DNA of 63,861 nt, filler included, from an uncultured Methanosarcinales archaeon (lineage in GTDB: Archaea > Nanobdellota > Nanobdellia > Woesearchaeales > CAYSVS01), in the NCBI GenBank assembly GCA_964434475.1. It is 13 parts of 13 records of this genome, joined end to end, with 100 filler letters (N's around TTAATTAATTAA, not from the genome) between each part and the next. Parts side by side here need not be neighbours in the genome. Positions count along the whole stretch, not along the records: positions 1 to 5,726 come from CAYSVS010000071.1; positions 5,827 to 11,424 come from CAYSVS010000072.1; positions 11,525 to 16,967 come from CAYSVS010000073.1; 10 more parts are not named here. The stretch is one strand, 5' to 3'. Below, in pieces: positions 1 to 11,940 of this stretch. Position 1 is the stretch's first letter; each line of letters begins with the position of its first letter. The notes beneath the pieces were generated by a model that ran no database searches, was not told the DNA's origin, and saw nothing but the letters and a program-made list of their open reading frames with translations. The position numbers and the translations under genes are program-made.

Positions 1-53
1 AATATCAAGTAGATATATAGAGTTTACGTTTTTGCTAATTTTGCAAAGTTCCC
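1..53 (-). mobile_element. IS terminal stub, IS5-family-like (GGGAACTTTGCAAAATT)
   Basis: Identical to 32420-32471 with a different flank; terminus resembles IS5-family GAGACCTTTGCAAAA-type IRs; partner end at 27233. Confidence 0.7.
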
Positions 54-605
54 TGTACTCTTTTTTGTACCTTCCATAATAGTTAAAGGAGGAATATTGC
101 GTATGTTGAAATTGGTTTTTGTGTGAAAATATTTGTTAAGATATTTTTTCATTAACGATGATGTTTGATATAAAATGAATTTGCCTTTATCTTTAAGCGC
201 ATCATAAGATTCCAGGGTTATATTACTTTTATCTTTATCTGGAATCATAGAGAAAGGTATTCCTGATATAATATAATCAGCTTTACTAATATTGTATCTT
301 TTCATTATATGCTTGATATGTTTAGCATCGTCTTTTACAACGATTAATCTGTCGTCTTTTATCTTAGTCAGATGCCTGATGAAATTATTGTTTTGTTCTA
401 TGAGTATAAGTTTGGATTCCAGACTTAGGTTGTTGAGCAATTCTTTTGATATTACACCTGAGCCTGGACCATATTCTATTATTATATTGTCTTTGTTGAA
501 ATCTATCTTTTTGCATATCGCTTTGGTCGTATATCTGGAACTAGGTGTAATGGATGCAACACTTTTATCTTTCAAGAAATTCTTAATATAGCTTATAGTG
601 GTCAT
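24..605 (-). CDS. Class I SAM methyltransferase (PmtA-like phospholipid N-methyltransferase family); last residues come from the IS end
   Basis: SITPSS, IIEYGPGSG (motif I), IISGIPF motifs; ORF runs into the stub at 1-53. Confidence 0.75.
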   Translation of the reverse strand: MTTISYIKNFLKDKSVASITPSSRYTTKAICKKIDFNKDNIIIEYGPGSGVISKELLNNLSLESKLILIEQNNNFIRHLTKIKDDRLIVVKDDAKHIKHIMKRYNISKADYIISGIPFSMIPDKDKSNITLESYDALKDKGKFILYQTSSLMKKYLNKYFHTKTNFNIRNIPPLTIMEGTKKSTGNFAKLAKT

Positions 606-897
606 ATATTATATATTTTAGCGATGATTTTAATATTTTTCGAAAAATTACCATATTCCTGTTATCTTGTTTTCTATTTTATGTTCTTTTGGTATGTCTT
701 TGTCTTGCTGCTGATTTGTATAGGTGTGGTCTGCAATATAAGTTGTTATAATGTTTGTAGTTTGCATATTCTTATAATTGTCATGTTCAATAAAATGATC
801 TATGCTTAGATTAAGGATGGTTACTATAATCGTTAAAAACAATACTATTTTGAATATTTTTTTCATATCGTCTGTAAATGAAGAAAATATATAAAAC

Positions 898-1086
898 TTA
901 TCTCTTATTGCTTGCAAAATATCCTAAAAATATTCCCATCAAAGCCATAAAACCGACTATCCAAGGTATGACATAGCTTTGCATTTCTGCGAACAATACG
1001 ACAAATAATACCATAATCAATGAAGTTATTCCTACTGCAGCAGCAATTCCAACAAATTGGTCATGCTCAGGTTTTTGATTTTTCAC
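898..1086 (-). CDS. Small membrane protein with two TM segments
   Basis: Two hydrophobic segments; GAG/GTG start immediately after the upstream stop. Confidence 0.55.
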   Translation of the reverse strand: MKNQKPEHDQFVGIAAAVGITSLIMVLFVVLFAEMQSYVIPWIVGFMALMGIFLGYFASNKR

Positions 1087-1087
1087 C

Positions 1088-1765
1088 TCATAAACTTAAT
1101 ATTAATATTACGAATAAAATCATCCCTAAAATGAAATATTTTGGATCGCCTTCTTTTTCTTCTGGTAGGATGTCTTTTATGATTATGTAGAACAATCCGC
1201 CCACAACAACCCCTAAAAGACTGAACATAATGGTTAAAGGAACATTGAAAAAAAAGAAAAATAATGCACCCAAAAGGCTTGAGCTTGATACAAGTATTCT
1301 CCATAGCAGGTTTTCTTTTATCTCAGCATGTATCTCTCTTGTTGAAGCTGAGCTTATTGTTGAATGGAATAATATAGGAAAAAACAAAAGTGTTCCTTCT
1401 ACAAGATTTTGGTTTGTCACATAAAACAGAACTATGCCTACTATGAAATAATATATGAAAAAGCCTATACTATGCACTTCTTTCAGCTCTTTGATCCTTT
1501 TTTCTGCTTCTCTGTGTTGATATATGTATTTTTCAATAAGATGGAAAAATGTAAATCCTGCTAATATGGAAACGTAGCTGAGATCTCTGAGATATTTGAC
1601 TGATTCATGGATAAAAGGAAGAAGATGCAGAAAGAGGTATGTTATCGAAACACCTGCTGCAAAACTCAAGATCTTTTCCCTGTATCTTTTAAGTTTTAAA
1701 CTGATGTAGTCACTTAATATGTGCATCAAGCTGATCAATCCTGCGTATAATAGTCCTATTTGCAT
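1088..1765 (-). CDS. ZIP-like metal transporter / membrane protein
   Basis: LSFAAGVSITYLFLHLLP, FHLIEKYI, HS motifs; many TM segments. Confidence 0.65.
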   Translation of the reverse strand: MQIGLLYAGLISLMHILSDYISLKLKRYREKILSFAAGVSITYLFLHLLPFIHESVKYLRDLSYVSILAGFTFFHLIEKYIYQHREAEKRIKELKEVHSIGFFIYYFIVGIVLFYVTNQNLVEGTLLFFPILFHSTISSASTREIHAEIKENLLWRILVSSSSLLGALFFFFFNVPLTIMFSLLGVVVGGLFYIIIKDILPEEKEGDPKYFILGMILFVILILSL

Positions 1766-1766
1766 T

Positions 1767-2417
1767 TTATTTTATCTCTTTAAATTTGCTTCCTTCTATG
1801 CTTGCGTTGTTGTTATAGCCTCTTTGCTCCCAGTATCCCCTGTGATGAGGATTATCGTGGAGTTCGATCTTTTTTATCCATTTTACCCATTTATAACCCC
1901 ATTTATCCTCTGCTACAAGCTGGAATGGATAGCCTTTTTCTGGGGGAAGAACAATATCGTTCATCTTGTATGCTATCATTATGTCATTCTTGATTATGTA
2001 ATCCAATGGTAAGGAGGATGTGTAGCCGTCTTCTGCATAGAATATAACTGTATTTGCTTCTGGTTTAATTTTTGTATCATTGAAAATATCCTTGAGAAGG
2101 ATACCTTCCCATAATATTGTCACATCCCAGCCTTCAACACAATATATTGTCGTGACTTTATTGTATTTGGGTTTTGTTAAAACTTCTTGATATGTATATT
2201 CTGTTTGATTTTCGACTAATCCTGTAATATTAAGTTTATATTTTGAGATATTTATATATTGAGGACCAGATATAGAATTTTCCCTGAAATCAGTTATTGA
2301 GCCTAATTTTTCTCCTTGGTATTCCTTGATTTCAACTTTTTTAAGCTTTTTAATCTCAGGAGATGTGCATCCTATAAGTAAAATAAGTATTGCTAATGAT
2401 ATGATCTTTTTTTTCAT
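1767..2417 (-). CDS. Molybdopterin-dependent oxidoreductase (sulfite oxidase/MsrP family), predicted lipoprotein
   Basis: CVEGW, GYPFQLV, GYKWVKWI, GYWEQRGY; lipobox LIGC. Confidence 0.85.
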   Translation of the reverse strand: MKKKIISLAILILLIGCTSPEIKKLKKVEIKEYQGEKLGSITDFRENSISGPQYINISKYKLNITGLVENQTEYTYQEVLTKPKYNKVTTIYCVEGWDVTILWEGILLKDIFNDTKIKPEANTVIFYAEDGYTSSLPLDYIIKNDIMIAYKMNDIVLPPEKGYPFQLVAEDKWGYKWVKWIKKIELHDNPHHRGYWEQRGYNNNASIEGSKFKEIK

Positions 2418-2564
2418 TACTTGTTATAATATTAAATGATATAAAAACTTTTCTTACAATCGGAAAATATATGCGTAGATGAAATTCACTACTTTTTTAC
2501 AAAGACTATTGTATTAAAACCTAAAAAATATGCTGAATAAATAAAATAGAAATAATAAGGTAAT

Positions 2565-3149
2565 CTATCTTGTTCTTTTTACAACTTCTTTTATGGCCCT
2601 TATGTCAAATGTTCTCATAGGGGCTATTTTAGATAGTTTATATTTTATATCTTTTTGTATCTTATTTCCGAGAATTTCAAATATCAGGTTTTCATAGTTT
2701 GTTTTGCTTGCTTTATCTTTTAGTAGTTCTAGATATTTTCTTCTTATGTCTGTTGCTACTGAATTGCTTACTTTATTATGTGTAATAGCTAAAGGCTTTA
2801 TCCGGAATTCTATATCATCTTTTGATTTCATAATGATGCTGCTTTCTATCTTGTTTTTTTTTCTTCTTATCATTCTTTTAAGTGCAGCAGGAATCATCCT
2901 ATAGCCTATCATCTTGGTAAAAGCTTTATTTTCTTTTATATCCTTTATTATAAAAACAGCATTAATATTCTGTTTTTTTATGTCTCTTGTAAGTGTCATA
3001 AGATTAACCTTAACTTGTCTGTTGATCAAGTTTGTAGCTTCCTGTACATATGATTCACCTATAATCTGTTTATTATAAAAAATAGGTGCAACTATCTCGA
3101 TCCATTTCTTTTTCTTAGCTTTTGTGAAATCTTTTTTCTTTTTTGCCAT
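2565..3149 (-). CDS. rps3ae: Archaeal ribosomal protein eS1 (S3Ae)
   Basis: KKKWIEIVAP, LINRQVKVNLMTLT, RMIRR, KIAPMR; start reassigned to MAKKKK at 3149. Confidence 0.88.
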   Translation of the reverse strand: MAKKKKDFTKAKKKKWIEIVAPIFYNKQIIGESYVQEATNLINRQVKVNLMTLTRDIKKQNINAVFIIKDIKENKAFTKMIGYRMIPAALKRMIRRKKNKIESSIIMKSKDDIEFRIKPLAITHNKVSNSVATDIRRKYLELLKDKASKTNYENLIFEILGNKIQKDIKYKLSKIAPMRTFDIRAIKEVVKRTR

Positions 3150-3235
3150 ACTGAACACCAGAAAATTTATGCACTTTATAAAAGTTATGGTTTGAAAAAC
3201 CATAAATTAGGGATGTTGGTGACTCTATTTATTTT

Positions 3236-5137
<1,902 letters not shown>

Positions 5138-5200
5138 TTAATATATTATAGATTATTTATGTATAATCTCTGTTTATTATATAATTAAAGAAAAGAGACG

Positions 5201-5217
5201 TATTTAAATAGTTTTCG
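5201..5217 (-). promoter_or_regulatory. Archaeal BRE-TATA promoter for gyrB
   Basis: Minus strand reads CGAAAAC-TATTTAAATA. Confidence 0.5.
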
Positions 5218-5251
5218 ACATTACTTAAATAATATAATAACAAAACAAAAA

Positions 5252-5404
5252 TTAACTGGCTTCTTCATATCCTTTCATAAAGCCTTCTTCTTCAGCAGAA
5301 ATTTCTCCATCTTCTAAAAGTTCCTGTCTAAAATCTTCTGCATATATACCTTCTTCAGATTTTTTTTTCCAATCGTCGATAAGCTTAAACCTTGTATCTT
5401 TCAT
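5252..5404 (-). CDS. 50-aa acidic microprotein, not in the ORF track
   Basis: MKDTRFKLIDDWKKKSEEGIYAEDFRQELLEDGEISAEEEGFMKGYEEAS; GGGGGTG RBS; paralogue adjacent. Confidence 0.75.
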   Translation of the reverse strand: MKDTRFKLIDDWKKKSEEGIYAEDFRQELLEDGEISAEEEGFMKGYEEAS

Positions 5405-5497
5405 ATGATACACCCCCGCTAGAGAAATAGATGTAGTTCTTGTTATATATAATTACTCTATATGGTATATATGATATATATATTTACTACTAGAGTA

Positions 5498-5632
5498 TTA
5501 AAATTTTGATTCTTCAGCTTCCTTATATCCTCTCATAAACGCAGCTTCGATTGGATCTATCTCATCATCTTCAAGAAGTTCTTCGCATTCATTTTTTTCT
5601 ATTATCTCTTCTTCTATTTTATCTTTTATCAT
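5498..5632 (-). CDS. 44-aa acidic microprotein, paralogue of 5252-5404
   Basis: MIKDKIEEEIIEKNECEELLEDDEIDPIEAAFMRGYKEAEESKF; GAGG RBS; shared ELLEDxEIxxxExxFMxGYxEA motif. Confidence 0.75.
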   Translation of the reverse strand: MIKDKIEEEIIEKNECEELLEDDEIDPIEAAFMRGYKEAEESKF

Positions 5633-5673
5633 TGTATATGCCTCTTTATTTTTGTTTAATTATATTTTAAAAC

Positions 5674-5726
5674 TGTGAAATTCGATAATTCTGCAAAATT
5701 TATTTGATCAAGTTGGTTTATAAATT
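5674..5726 (+). mobile_element. IS end A (TGTGAAATTCGATAATTCTGCAA), IS481-like TGT terminus
   Basis: Identical to 11371-11424 with a different flank; imperfect IR partner of end B. Confidence 0.7.
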
Positions 5727-5826
5727 NNNNNNNNNNNNNNNNNNNNNNNNNNNNNNNNNNNNNNNNNNNNTTAATTAATTAANNNNNNNNNNNNNNNNNN
5801 NNNNNNNNNNNNNNNNNNNNNNNNNN
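5727..5826. other. Artificial contig linker; also at 11425-11524, 16968-17067, 22179-22278, 27283-27382, 32320-32419, 37033-37132, 41724-41823, 46386-46485, 50981-51080, 55481-55580, 59886-59985
   Basis: N-run, TTAATTAATTAA (stops in all six frames), N-run; 100 nt each. Confidence 0.98.
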
Positions 5827-5875
5827 ATTGCAAAATTAATAAATATAGAAATTGCAAGAATTTTCAAATCGTACA
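5827..5875 (-). mobile_element. IS end B (TGTACGATTTGAAAATTCTTGCAA)
   Basis: Reverse complement is identical to the stubs at 46335 and 50927. Confidence 0.7.
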
Positions 5876-5927
5876 GTTTTTTTTAAAAAGCAAAAACCTT
5901 TTAAATGCTAGATTTAAGTTTATCTTT

Positions 5928-6488
5928 ATGATAGGAAAAGTAAAAAAAGATATATTGGCTGTGTTTGACGGTGTAATAGATATTCTTGAGGTAAGGGAAG
6001 AGCAGGATATTGCTGAATTAAGTGAACTTAGTAACCATGTCATACATAATGCAAGCATCTACCAAGATCAGGATTCCATATCTATAGCTATCTTGATGTA
6101 TTCTATATATAAGGTAATTCAAAGAGTGCCTTATTTAAAACAGTCAGAATACAGCAAAATATTTACTCATCTCAAGAATGCAAGAACATATCTGCAGAAG
6201 GATGTTCTCGGCAAATATAATTCTGAGATTGAATCTCTTTTTAATGTGATAAATAAGCTGGATAACCGACTGAAGAACTTCATAGAAGAAGTGGTGACAA
6301 AAGCAAAGATAAACAAAGGTACAAAATTAGTGGAGCACGGGTTGACCATAAGAAGAGCAGCAAGTCTTATGGGTATTTCACAATGGGAACTTATGAGTTA
6401 TTTTGGTAAGACTGAAATAGTAGATGCTCAGCCATTTATATACGATATTAAAAAAAGGATGAAATTTGCAAGAGGATTATTCAAATGA
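5928..6488 (+). CDS. Hypothetical protein with C-terminal HTH (UPF0175-like), candidate partner of the PIN protein
   Basis: GLTIRRAASLMGISQWELM; ATGA overlap with the PIN gene. Confidence 0.6.
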   Translation: MIGKVKKDILAVFDGVIDILEVREEQDIAELSELSNHVIHNASIYQDQDSISIAILMYSIYKVIQRVPYLKQSEYSKIFTHLKNARTYLQKDVLGKYNSEIESLFNVINKLDNRLKNFIEEVVTKAKINKGTKLVEHGLTIRRAASLMGISQWELMSYFGKTEIVDAQPFIYDIKKRMKFARGLFK

Positions 6489-7192
6489 GATCTATAATTT
6501 TTGATTCAGGACCAGTGATAAGTTTGACGGTGAATAATCTATTGTGGATATTGGAAGCACTTAAAGATAGATATAATGGCGAGTATATAATACCTACATC
6601 AGTAAAGAAAGAACTTATAGATGTGCCTTTAGCTACAAAAAAGTTTAAGTTTGAGTCCTTACAAGTTCTGGATACTATAAGAAGAGATATTGTGATAGTG
6701 CATGAAGATAATAATCAATTGAAAAATCTGACAGAAGAACTTTTGAAAATAGCTAATTCTTGCTATTACACTGGAAAAGAGAAATTGAAGATTATTCATT
6801 ACGCAGAGATGGAAGTCATAGCTCTTGCATTATTGCAGGGAGCTGATGCCATTGTTGTAGATGAAAGGATGACAAGAGCTATAATAGAGAATCCTGATTC
6901 AATACCTGATATTTTGTCAAGAAAATATCATACTAAAGTGAATATTGATAAGAATAAGATAAAAGAATTAAAGAATAGGGTAGGAGATATTAAATTCATA
7001 CGTTCCTGTGAACTGGCCATGGTAGCTTATGAAAATGGGTTGTTTGAAAAATATCTTCCTAAAAAGACAAAGATTGTAAAAAAACCCCGAAAAATTCTGC
7101 TTCAAGCAGTATTATGGGCATTGAAACTGCACGGATGCGCAGTAAGTCATGAAGAGATTGATCAATTGGTTAAAATTGAATTAAAGTTATAA
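6485..7192 (+). CDS. PIN-domain protein
   Basis: IIFDSGPVI, SVKKEL, AEMEVIALA, VVDER acidic-residue pattern. Confidence 0.75.
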   Translation: MRSIIFDSGPVISLTVNNLLWILEALKDRYNGEYIIPTSVKKELIDVPLATKKFKFESLQVLDTIRRDIVIVHEDNNQLKNLTEELLKIANSCYYTGKEKLKIIHYAEMEVIALALLQGADAIVVDERMTRAIIENPDSIPDILSRKYHTKVNIDKNKIKELKNRVGDIKFIRSCELAMVAYENGLFEKYLPKKTKIVKKPRKILLQAVLWALKLHGCAVSHEEIDQLVKIELKL

Positions 7193-7576
7193 GCCTTTTC
7201 TATACCTTAGTTGGTCTAATGTTGGTGCGTTTTTAGTTTCTGGAGTTTTTTCATGTTTTTTTTGCTCTTGTTTTGTTTCGGGATTATAATCCTGTTTTTT
7301 TTCTTTTATGCCTTGGATGACTTCTTTTACTTCCTGCTTAGGCTTATACTGAAGATGTGTTTGATCCTGTTTTTTTCCTATTTGTACGAATCTCTTGTTT
7401 TCTAAGATATCTTTAAACAATTGCACCAATGTTGGGTTTGATTTTGCATTTTCCATCTCTTGCTTAAGCAACAGCTCTACTTTTGCGCTTAATTTCAATG
7501 CATTAAGTTTACAATAGTTCCTGAAGTTATCCAGGACTTCTGAATCTATATGCACTGTCAGTGTCTTTTTTGCCAT
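7187..7576 (-). CDS. Ribbon-helix-helix DNA-binding protein with low-complexity tail
   Basis: MAKKTLTVHIDSEVLDNFRNYC...LSAKVELLL; start reassigned to 7576. Confidence 0.65.
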   Translation of the reverse strand: MAKKTLTVHIDSEVLDNFRNYCKLNALKLSAKVELLLKQEMENAKSNPTLVQLFKDILENKRFVQIGKKQDQTHLQYKPKQEVKEVIQGIKEKKQDYNPETKQEQKKHEKTPETKNAPTLDQLRYRKGL

Positions 7577-7706
7577 ATTATCCTGCTTAAATTTTTGGTT
7601 TATAATTATTTCGAAAATCAACAAGCTTTATTTGTCTATGGTTAGTGGTTAAATTTATTTTTTTTCAATCCAAATCTTTAAATATCTTTTATCTAACTTT
7701 GTTCTT

Positions 7707-9245
7707 ATGGTAAAGGGACTGGTGATAAGCGGCAAATTTGGAGAAATTTGTGTACGTCAAAAATCAGATGAAAAGATTGAGTTAGGAGAACTCCTTGTTG
7801 CTGATATTCAAGGTGGAAAGGTTATTCTGCAAGTATATGATCTTCTTTATGGCAGCCAGATTTCACAGCAGAATCTTGAGTTGATATCTGGCATGAATCT
7901 AGAGGAAAATGATGATAATGAGTTTTATGATGCTAATCTGCGTAACTATAGTCTTGCTTATCTTAAACCTATGATAACTATTGCAGATAATAATGCGAAA
8001 CTATGCAAACAATTGCCTAACTTTTTTTCTCATGTAAGATCTATAGTTAAGGATGATCTTAAGTTTTTGACAAAACCTGATGATTCTATATTTATTGGTA
8101 ACTTGCGTTCAGGAACAAAAATCTTAGAGGATGTGCCTATCTATTTATCTGGAAAGGATGTTTTTTCGCATCATATCTTGATTCCAGCGACAACAGGGAG
8201 AGGTAAAAGCAATCTAATTAGTGTTATGCTATGGGATATTGTTGACAAGGATTATTGCGGTGTGCTTGTACTTGATCCGCATGACGAGTATTTTGGAAGG
8301 AACAAGCAAGGATTAAAAGATCATCATCAAAAGGATAATGTTATCTATTATACTCCTAACAATCCTCCTGCAGGCACAAGAAGTTTGAAGATAAATATAA
8401 AGAACATAAAGCCGTATCATTTTAACGGATGTGTTAACTTTTCTGATCCTCAAGTACAGGCTTTGCAGGCTTATTATAGGGATTATGGTAACGGCTGGAT
8501 AGAAGCGTTGTTGATGGATAAGCCTTTATCAAAAGTAAATAATTTTTTTGAGGGCACTATAGCTGTGATAAAAAGGGTTGTTGCTTCTGTATTAGGTCTT
8601 GATGTAACTCATACTGGTGTTTTTGGAAAGAGTATATTTGAGACTGCATCTGGAGAAACCACGATAAAAGATATATGTAGTGAACTTGAACAAGGCAATA
8701 CTGTAATAATAGACACTTCATCTTTTGGAGGAAGTGTGGAGATATTGGTTGGCAGTTTGGTTACTGCTGAAATTTTTGCAAGATATAAAAGATATAAGAT
8801 GGAGGGTACATTGAACCAGAAGCCAGTCATAAATGTTGTATTAGAAGAAGCACCGCGTGTTCTTGGCAAGGATGTACTTGAAAAAGGAAGCAATATATTT
8901 TCTACTATCGCTCGCGAAGGAAGAAAGTTTAAGGTTGGATTAACAGCTATTACACAATTGCCTTCATTGATCCCCAGACAGATATTGGCTAACATGAACA
9001 CGAAGATTATCTTGGGAATTGAGATGCAGCCTGAAAGGCAGGCGATAATAGAATCTGCTTCGCAAGATTTAAGCACAGATAATCGTAATATAGCTTCATT
9101 GGATAAAGGTGAAGCGATAATAACAAGCAATTTTACTAAGTTTGCTATGCCTATAAAAATACCTTTGTTCAAGAATTTTGCACAAAAGGATAGTAAACAA
9201 GATTTAAATATCAGCAATGAATATGGCGGAATAGATTTAAAATGA
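7707..9245 (+). CDS. herA: HerA helicase/ATPase
   Basis: N-terminal HAS-barrel-like region, Walker [33 protein letters not shown]. Confidence 0.9.
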   Translation: MVKGLVISGKFGEICVRQKSDEKIELGELLVADIQGGKVILQVYDLLYGSQISQQNLELISGMNLEENDDNEFYDANLRNYSLAYLKPMITIADNNAKLCKQLPNFFSHVRSIVKDDLKFLTKPDDSIFIGNLRSGTKILEDVPIYLSGKDVFSHHILIPATTGRGKSNLISVMLWDIVDKDYCGVLVLDPHDEYFGRNKQGLKDHHQKDNVIYYTPNNPPAGTRSLKINIKNIKPYHFNGCVNFSDPQVQALQAYYRDYGNGWIEALLMDKPLSKVNNFFEGTIAVIKRVVASVLGLDVTHTGVFGKSIFETASGETTIKDICSELEQGNTVIIDTSSFGGSVEILVGSLVTAEIFARYKRYKMEGTLNQKPVINVVLEEAPRVLGKDVLEKGSNIFSTIAREGRKFKVGLTAITQLPSLIPRQILANMNTKIILGIEMQPERQAIIESASQDLSTDNRNIASLDKGEAIITSNFTKFAMPIKIPLFKNFAQKDSKQDLNISNEYGGIDLK

Positions 9246-9430
9246 TATTGGAAATTATTATTGGTTTGATTGTTTTGTTGATTGTTTTTTTTATTCTTAA
9301 TAAATGGTTGAATTTCATAGATATAAAGATATCAGAAGAAGATAGACGCGATAAAAAGGAAAAAGATAATGTTTTTAAGGGGATACTTCATAGCAAGAAC
9401 GAGTTTGAAGGTAAAGACAGCAGCGATTGA
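9242..9430 (+). CDS. Small single-TM protein
   Basis: N-terminal hydrophobic helix; overlaps the herA stop. Confidence 0.55.
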   Translation: MILEIIIGLIVLLIVFFILNKWLNFIDIKISEEDRRDKKEKDNVFKGILHSKNEFEGKDSSD

Positions 9431-9487
9431 TGTTACTACTATGTTCTACAGGTTAAATATATAAATATTGATTAGTTTTTGATGTTT

Positions 9488-10699
9488 ATGAAATTCGCAC
9501 ATATGGCTGATGTACATATAGGCTCATGGAGAGATCCTAAATTAAGCGAGCTTAGTGTCAAGGCATTTAAGAAAGCTGTTGATATGTGTATTGATAAACG
9601 GGTTGATTTTGTGCTTATCGCTGGAGATCTGTTCAATACCAGTTTACCTAGTGTAGATAGGTTAAAGTTGGTTGTCTCTTATTTGAGAAAGCTTAAGGAT
9701 AATGAGATCAACGTATACATAATCGCTGGAAGTCATGATTTTTCTCCGTCTGGAAAGACAATGCTTGATGTTCTTGAAGAAGCAAGGTTGATAATCAATG
9801 TTGTCAAAGGAAAAGTTGTTGATGAGAAATTGATGCTTAACTTTACTATGGATGGAAAGACAGGTGCTAAGATTACAGGTATGCTGGGCAAGAAAGGGAT
9901 GCTTGAGAAGAAATATTATGAGAATCTTATAAAGTCCAATCTTGAACAGGAAGAAGGTTACAAGATATTCATGTTTCATTCTGCATTACAGGAGTTTAAG
10001 CCAAAGGAATTGGAAAATATGGATGCACATCCTTTAAGCTTGCTGCCAAAAGGATTTGATTATTATGCAGGAGGACATGTACATTATATATTTGATAAAT
10101 ACGAAGATGGTTATGGTTTGATAACTTATCCTGGCGCATTGTTTCCAAATAATTTTGCAGAACTGGAAAAATATGGTAAAGGAGGATTTTATATAATTGA
10201 CGAAGGCGTATTAGAATGGCATGCTGTTGAGATACATCCTCATCATGGAATAAAGATAGATGTAAAACATAATTCTCCTATTGAAGTTGAAAACATACTT
10301 ATGAAAGAGGTTGATAATAACTTTGAAAATTATATAATAACCATAAGGCTTAAAGGAATATTAGAAAAAGGCAGGATAAGTGATATAGATTTTAACAGAG
10401 TATTTGAAAGGTTGTATGATAAAGGAGCATATTTTGTGATGAAAAATACGTCTGCATTAAAGACTGCAGAATTTGAGGAGATTAAGGTAGATGTTGCAGA
10501 TTCTAAAGATGTCGAGCAAAGATTGGTAAAGGAGCATGTTAGTCAGATAAAAATAAAGGATATGGATCCTGAACAGGAAGAAAAGATGACTCATCTGCTT
10601 ATGAATATGCTTGCGGCAGACAAAAAGGAAGGTGAAAGAAAAGTTGATTTTGAAAAAAGGATAGTTGATGATTTTAAGAGGCTGTTGAGGTTAGAATGA
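9488..10699 (+). CDS. mre11: Mre11/SbcD DNA repair nuclease
   Basis: AHMADVHIG, AGDLF, GSHD, MFH, GGHVH, YPG phosphoesterase motifs. Confidence 0.92.
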   Translation: MKFAHMADVHIGSWRDPKLSELSVKAFKKAVDMCIDKRVDFVLIAGDLFNTSLPSVDRLKLVVSYLRKLKDNEINVYIIAGSHDFSPSGKTMLDVLEEARLIINVVKGKVVDEKLMLNFTMDGKTGAKITGMLGKKGMLEKKYYENLIKSNLEQEEGYKIFMFHSALQEFKPKELENMDAHPLSLLPKGFDYYAGGHVHYIFDKYEDGYGLITYPGALFPNNFAELEKYGKGGFYIIDEGVLEWHAVEIHPHHGIKIDVKHNSPIEVENILMKEVDNNFENYIITIRLKGILEKGRISDIDFNRVFERLYDKGAYFVMKNTSALKTAEFEEIKVDVADSKDVEQRLVKEHVSQIKIKDMDPEQEEKMTHLLMNMLAADKKEGERKVDFEKRIVDDFKRLLRLE

Positions 10700-11385
10700 A
10701 CAAAATTAAACTTATATATGATGAATTGCTGGAACTTTATGGTCATCAAGGCTGGTGGCCATTAGTTGGATATGCTGGATGCAATCCTACTAAGACAGGA
10801 TGCGTCAATGGCTATCATCCTGGAGATTATTCTTTTCCTCGAAATGAAAAAGAAAAGTTTGAGATAGTTGTTGGAGCTGTATTGACGCAAAATACAGGGT
10901 GGATTTCTGTAGAAAAAGCATTGAGTAATCTGAATAAAGCTAATGCGTTGACTCCAAAAGGTATGCAAAAACTGAGCGATGCAAAGTTAAAAGAATTGAT
11001 AAAACCTGCTGGTTATTATAACCAAAAGGCAAAATATTTGAGAAACATCACTTCATTATTTTTGAATTTAGCTGGTAAAACACCAACAAGAGATGATGTT
11101 CTTGATGTCAAAGGGATAGGGAATGAAACTTGTGACAGTATATTGTTATATGCATACAAACAACCAGAATTTGTTGTTGATGCATATACTAAAAGAATAT
11201 TTGTAAATCTTGGGTTGATCAAAAATGATGCAGGATATATGGAAATAAAGCACTTTTTTGAGTCTGATCTAAAAAAAGATTATATATTATTCCAAGAATA
11301 CCATGCGTTGATAGTTGAGCATGCAAAAAGATATTATTCAAAAAAACCTTATGGGATAGATGATCCTTTGTGTGAAATTCGATAA
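10696..11385 (+). CDS. HhH-GPD / endonuclease III-like glycosylase; C-terminus supplied by the IS end
   Basis: GWWP, GAVLTQNT, KGIGNETCDSILLYA, VVDAYTKR, HALIVEH. Confidence 0.85.
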   Translation: MNKIKLIYDELLELYGHQGWWPLVGYAGCNPTKTGCVNGYHPGDYSFPRNEKEKFEIVVGAVLTQNTGWISVEKALSNLNKANALTPKGMQKLSDAKLKELIKPAGYYNQKAKYLRNITSLFLNLAGKTPTRDDVLDVKGIGNETCDSILLYAYKQPEFVVDAYTKRIFVNLGLIKNDAGYMEIKHFFESDLKKDYILFQEYHALIVEHAKRYYSKKPYGIDDPLCEIR

Positions 11386-11424
11386 TTCTGCAAAATTTAT
11401 TTGATCAAGTTGGTTTATAAATTT
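11371..11424 (+). mobile_element. IS end A, second copy
   Basis: Identical to 5674-5726. Confidence 0.7.
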
Positions 11425-11524
11425 NNNNNNNNNNNNNNNNNNNNNNNNNNNNNNNNNNNNNNNNNNNNTTAATTAATTAANNNNNNNNNNNNNNNNNNNN
11501 NNNNNNNNNNNNNNNNNNNNNNNN

Positions 11525-11935
11525 AACCATAGCAGCAGTATGTTCGTATATGATTTTATAGAAGGAGAATTTATAGAACAACACATAAGAATATCAAAAA
11601 AAAAAGAGATAAAAAAAATTCTAAAGAATATATTCAAACAATGCTATACACTTGACACTATGCAAATCAACAAAGAAGAAATGCACCACCCCTATAAACA
11701 TATAATTATAGAAAACAAGACAAAAAAGCCTATTATGCTGGACTTTGAAAGAGCCAATTATACAGAAAAACCAAAGAATATAACCCAATTTTGCCAATAC
11801 ATATGCAGACTAAAGCAGCTGCTTGAAAGCAAAGGATTCAGGATATATAAAAAAGAGTTAAGAGAATTAGCAAAGGTTTATAAAAACAAAAGCACAAAAA
11901 ATAATTTAAACAAGATAATCAAAAAGATAGAGTGA
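11525..11935 (+). CDS. C-terminal part of an atypical Ser/Thr kinase-like protein (5' partial)
   Basis: FIEGE, MLDFERA, KNITQF. Confidence 0.6.
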   Translation, partial: NHSSSMFVYDFIEGEFIEQHIRISKKKEIKKILKNIFKQCYTLDTMQINKEEMHHPYKHIIIENKTKKPIMLDFERANYTEKPKNITQFCQYICRLKQLLESKGFRIYKKELRELAKVYKNKSTKNNLNKIIKKIE

Positions 11936-11940
11936 AATAT

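Noticed and set aside
5674..5875. Contigs 1 and 2 as two flanks of one IS insertion
   Set aside because: Flanks TAAAAC and GTTTTT are not a direct repeat, and contig order only reflects length.
8609..9217. 202-aa antisense ORF in herA, and similar shadow ORFs in gyrB, RLI, CaCA and the radical SAM gene
   Set aside because: Opposite-strand shadows of well-supported genes, with no motifs.
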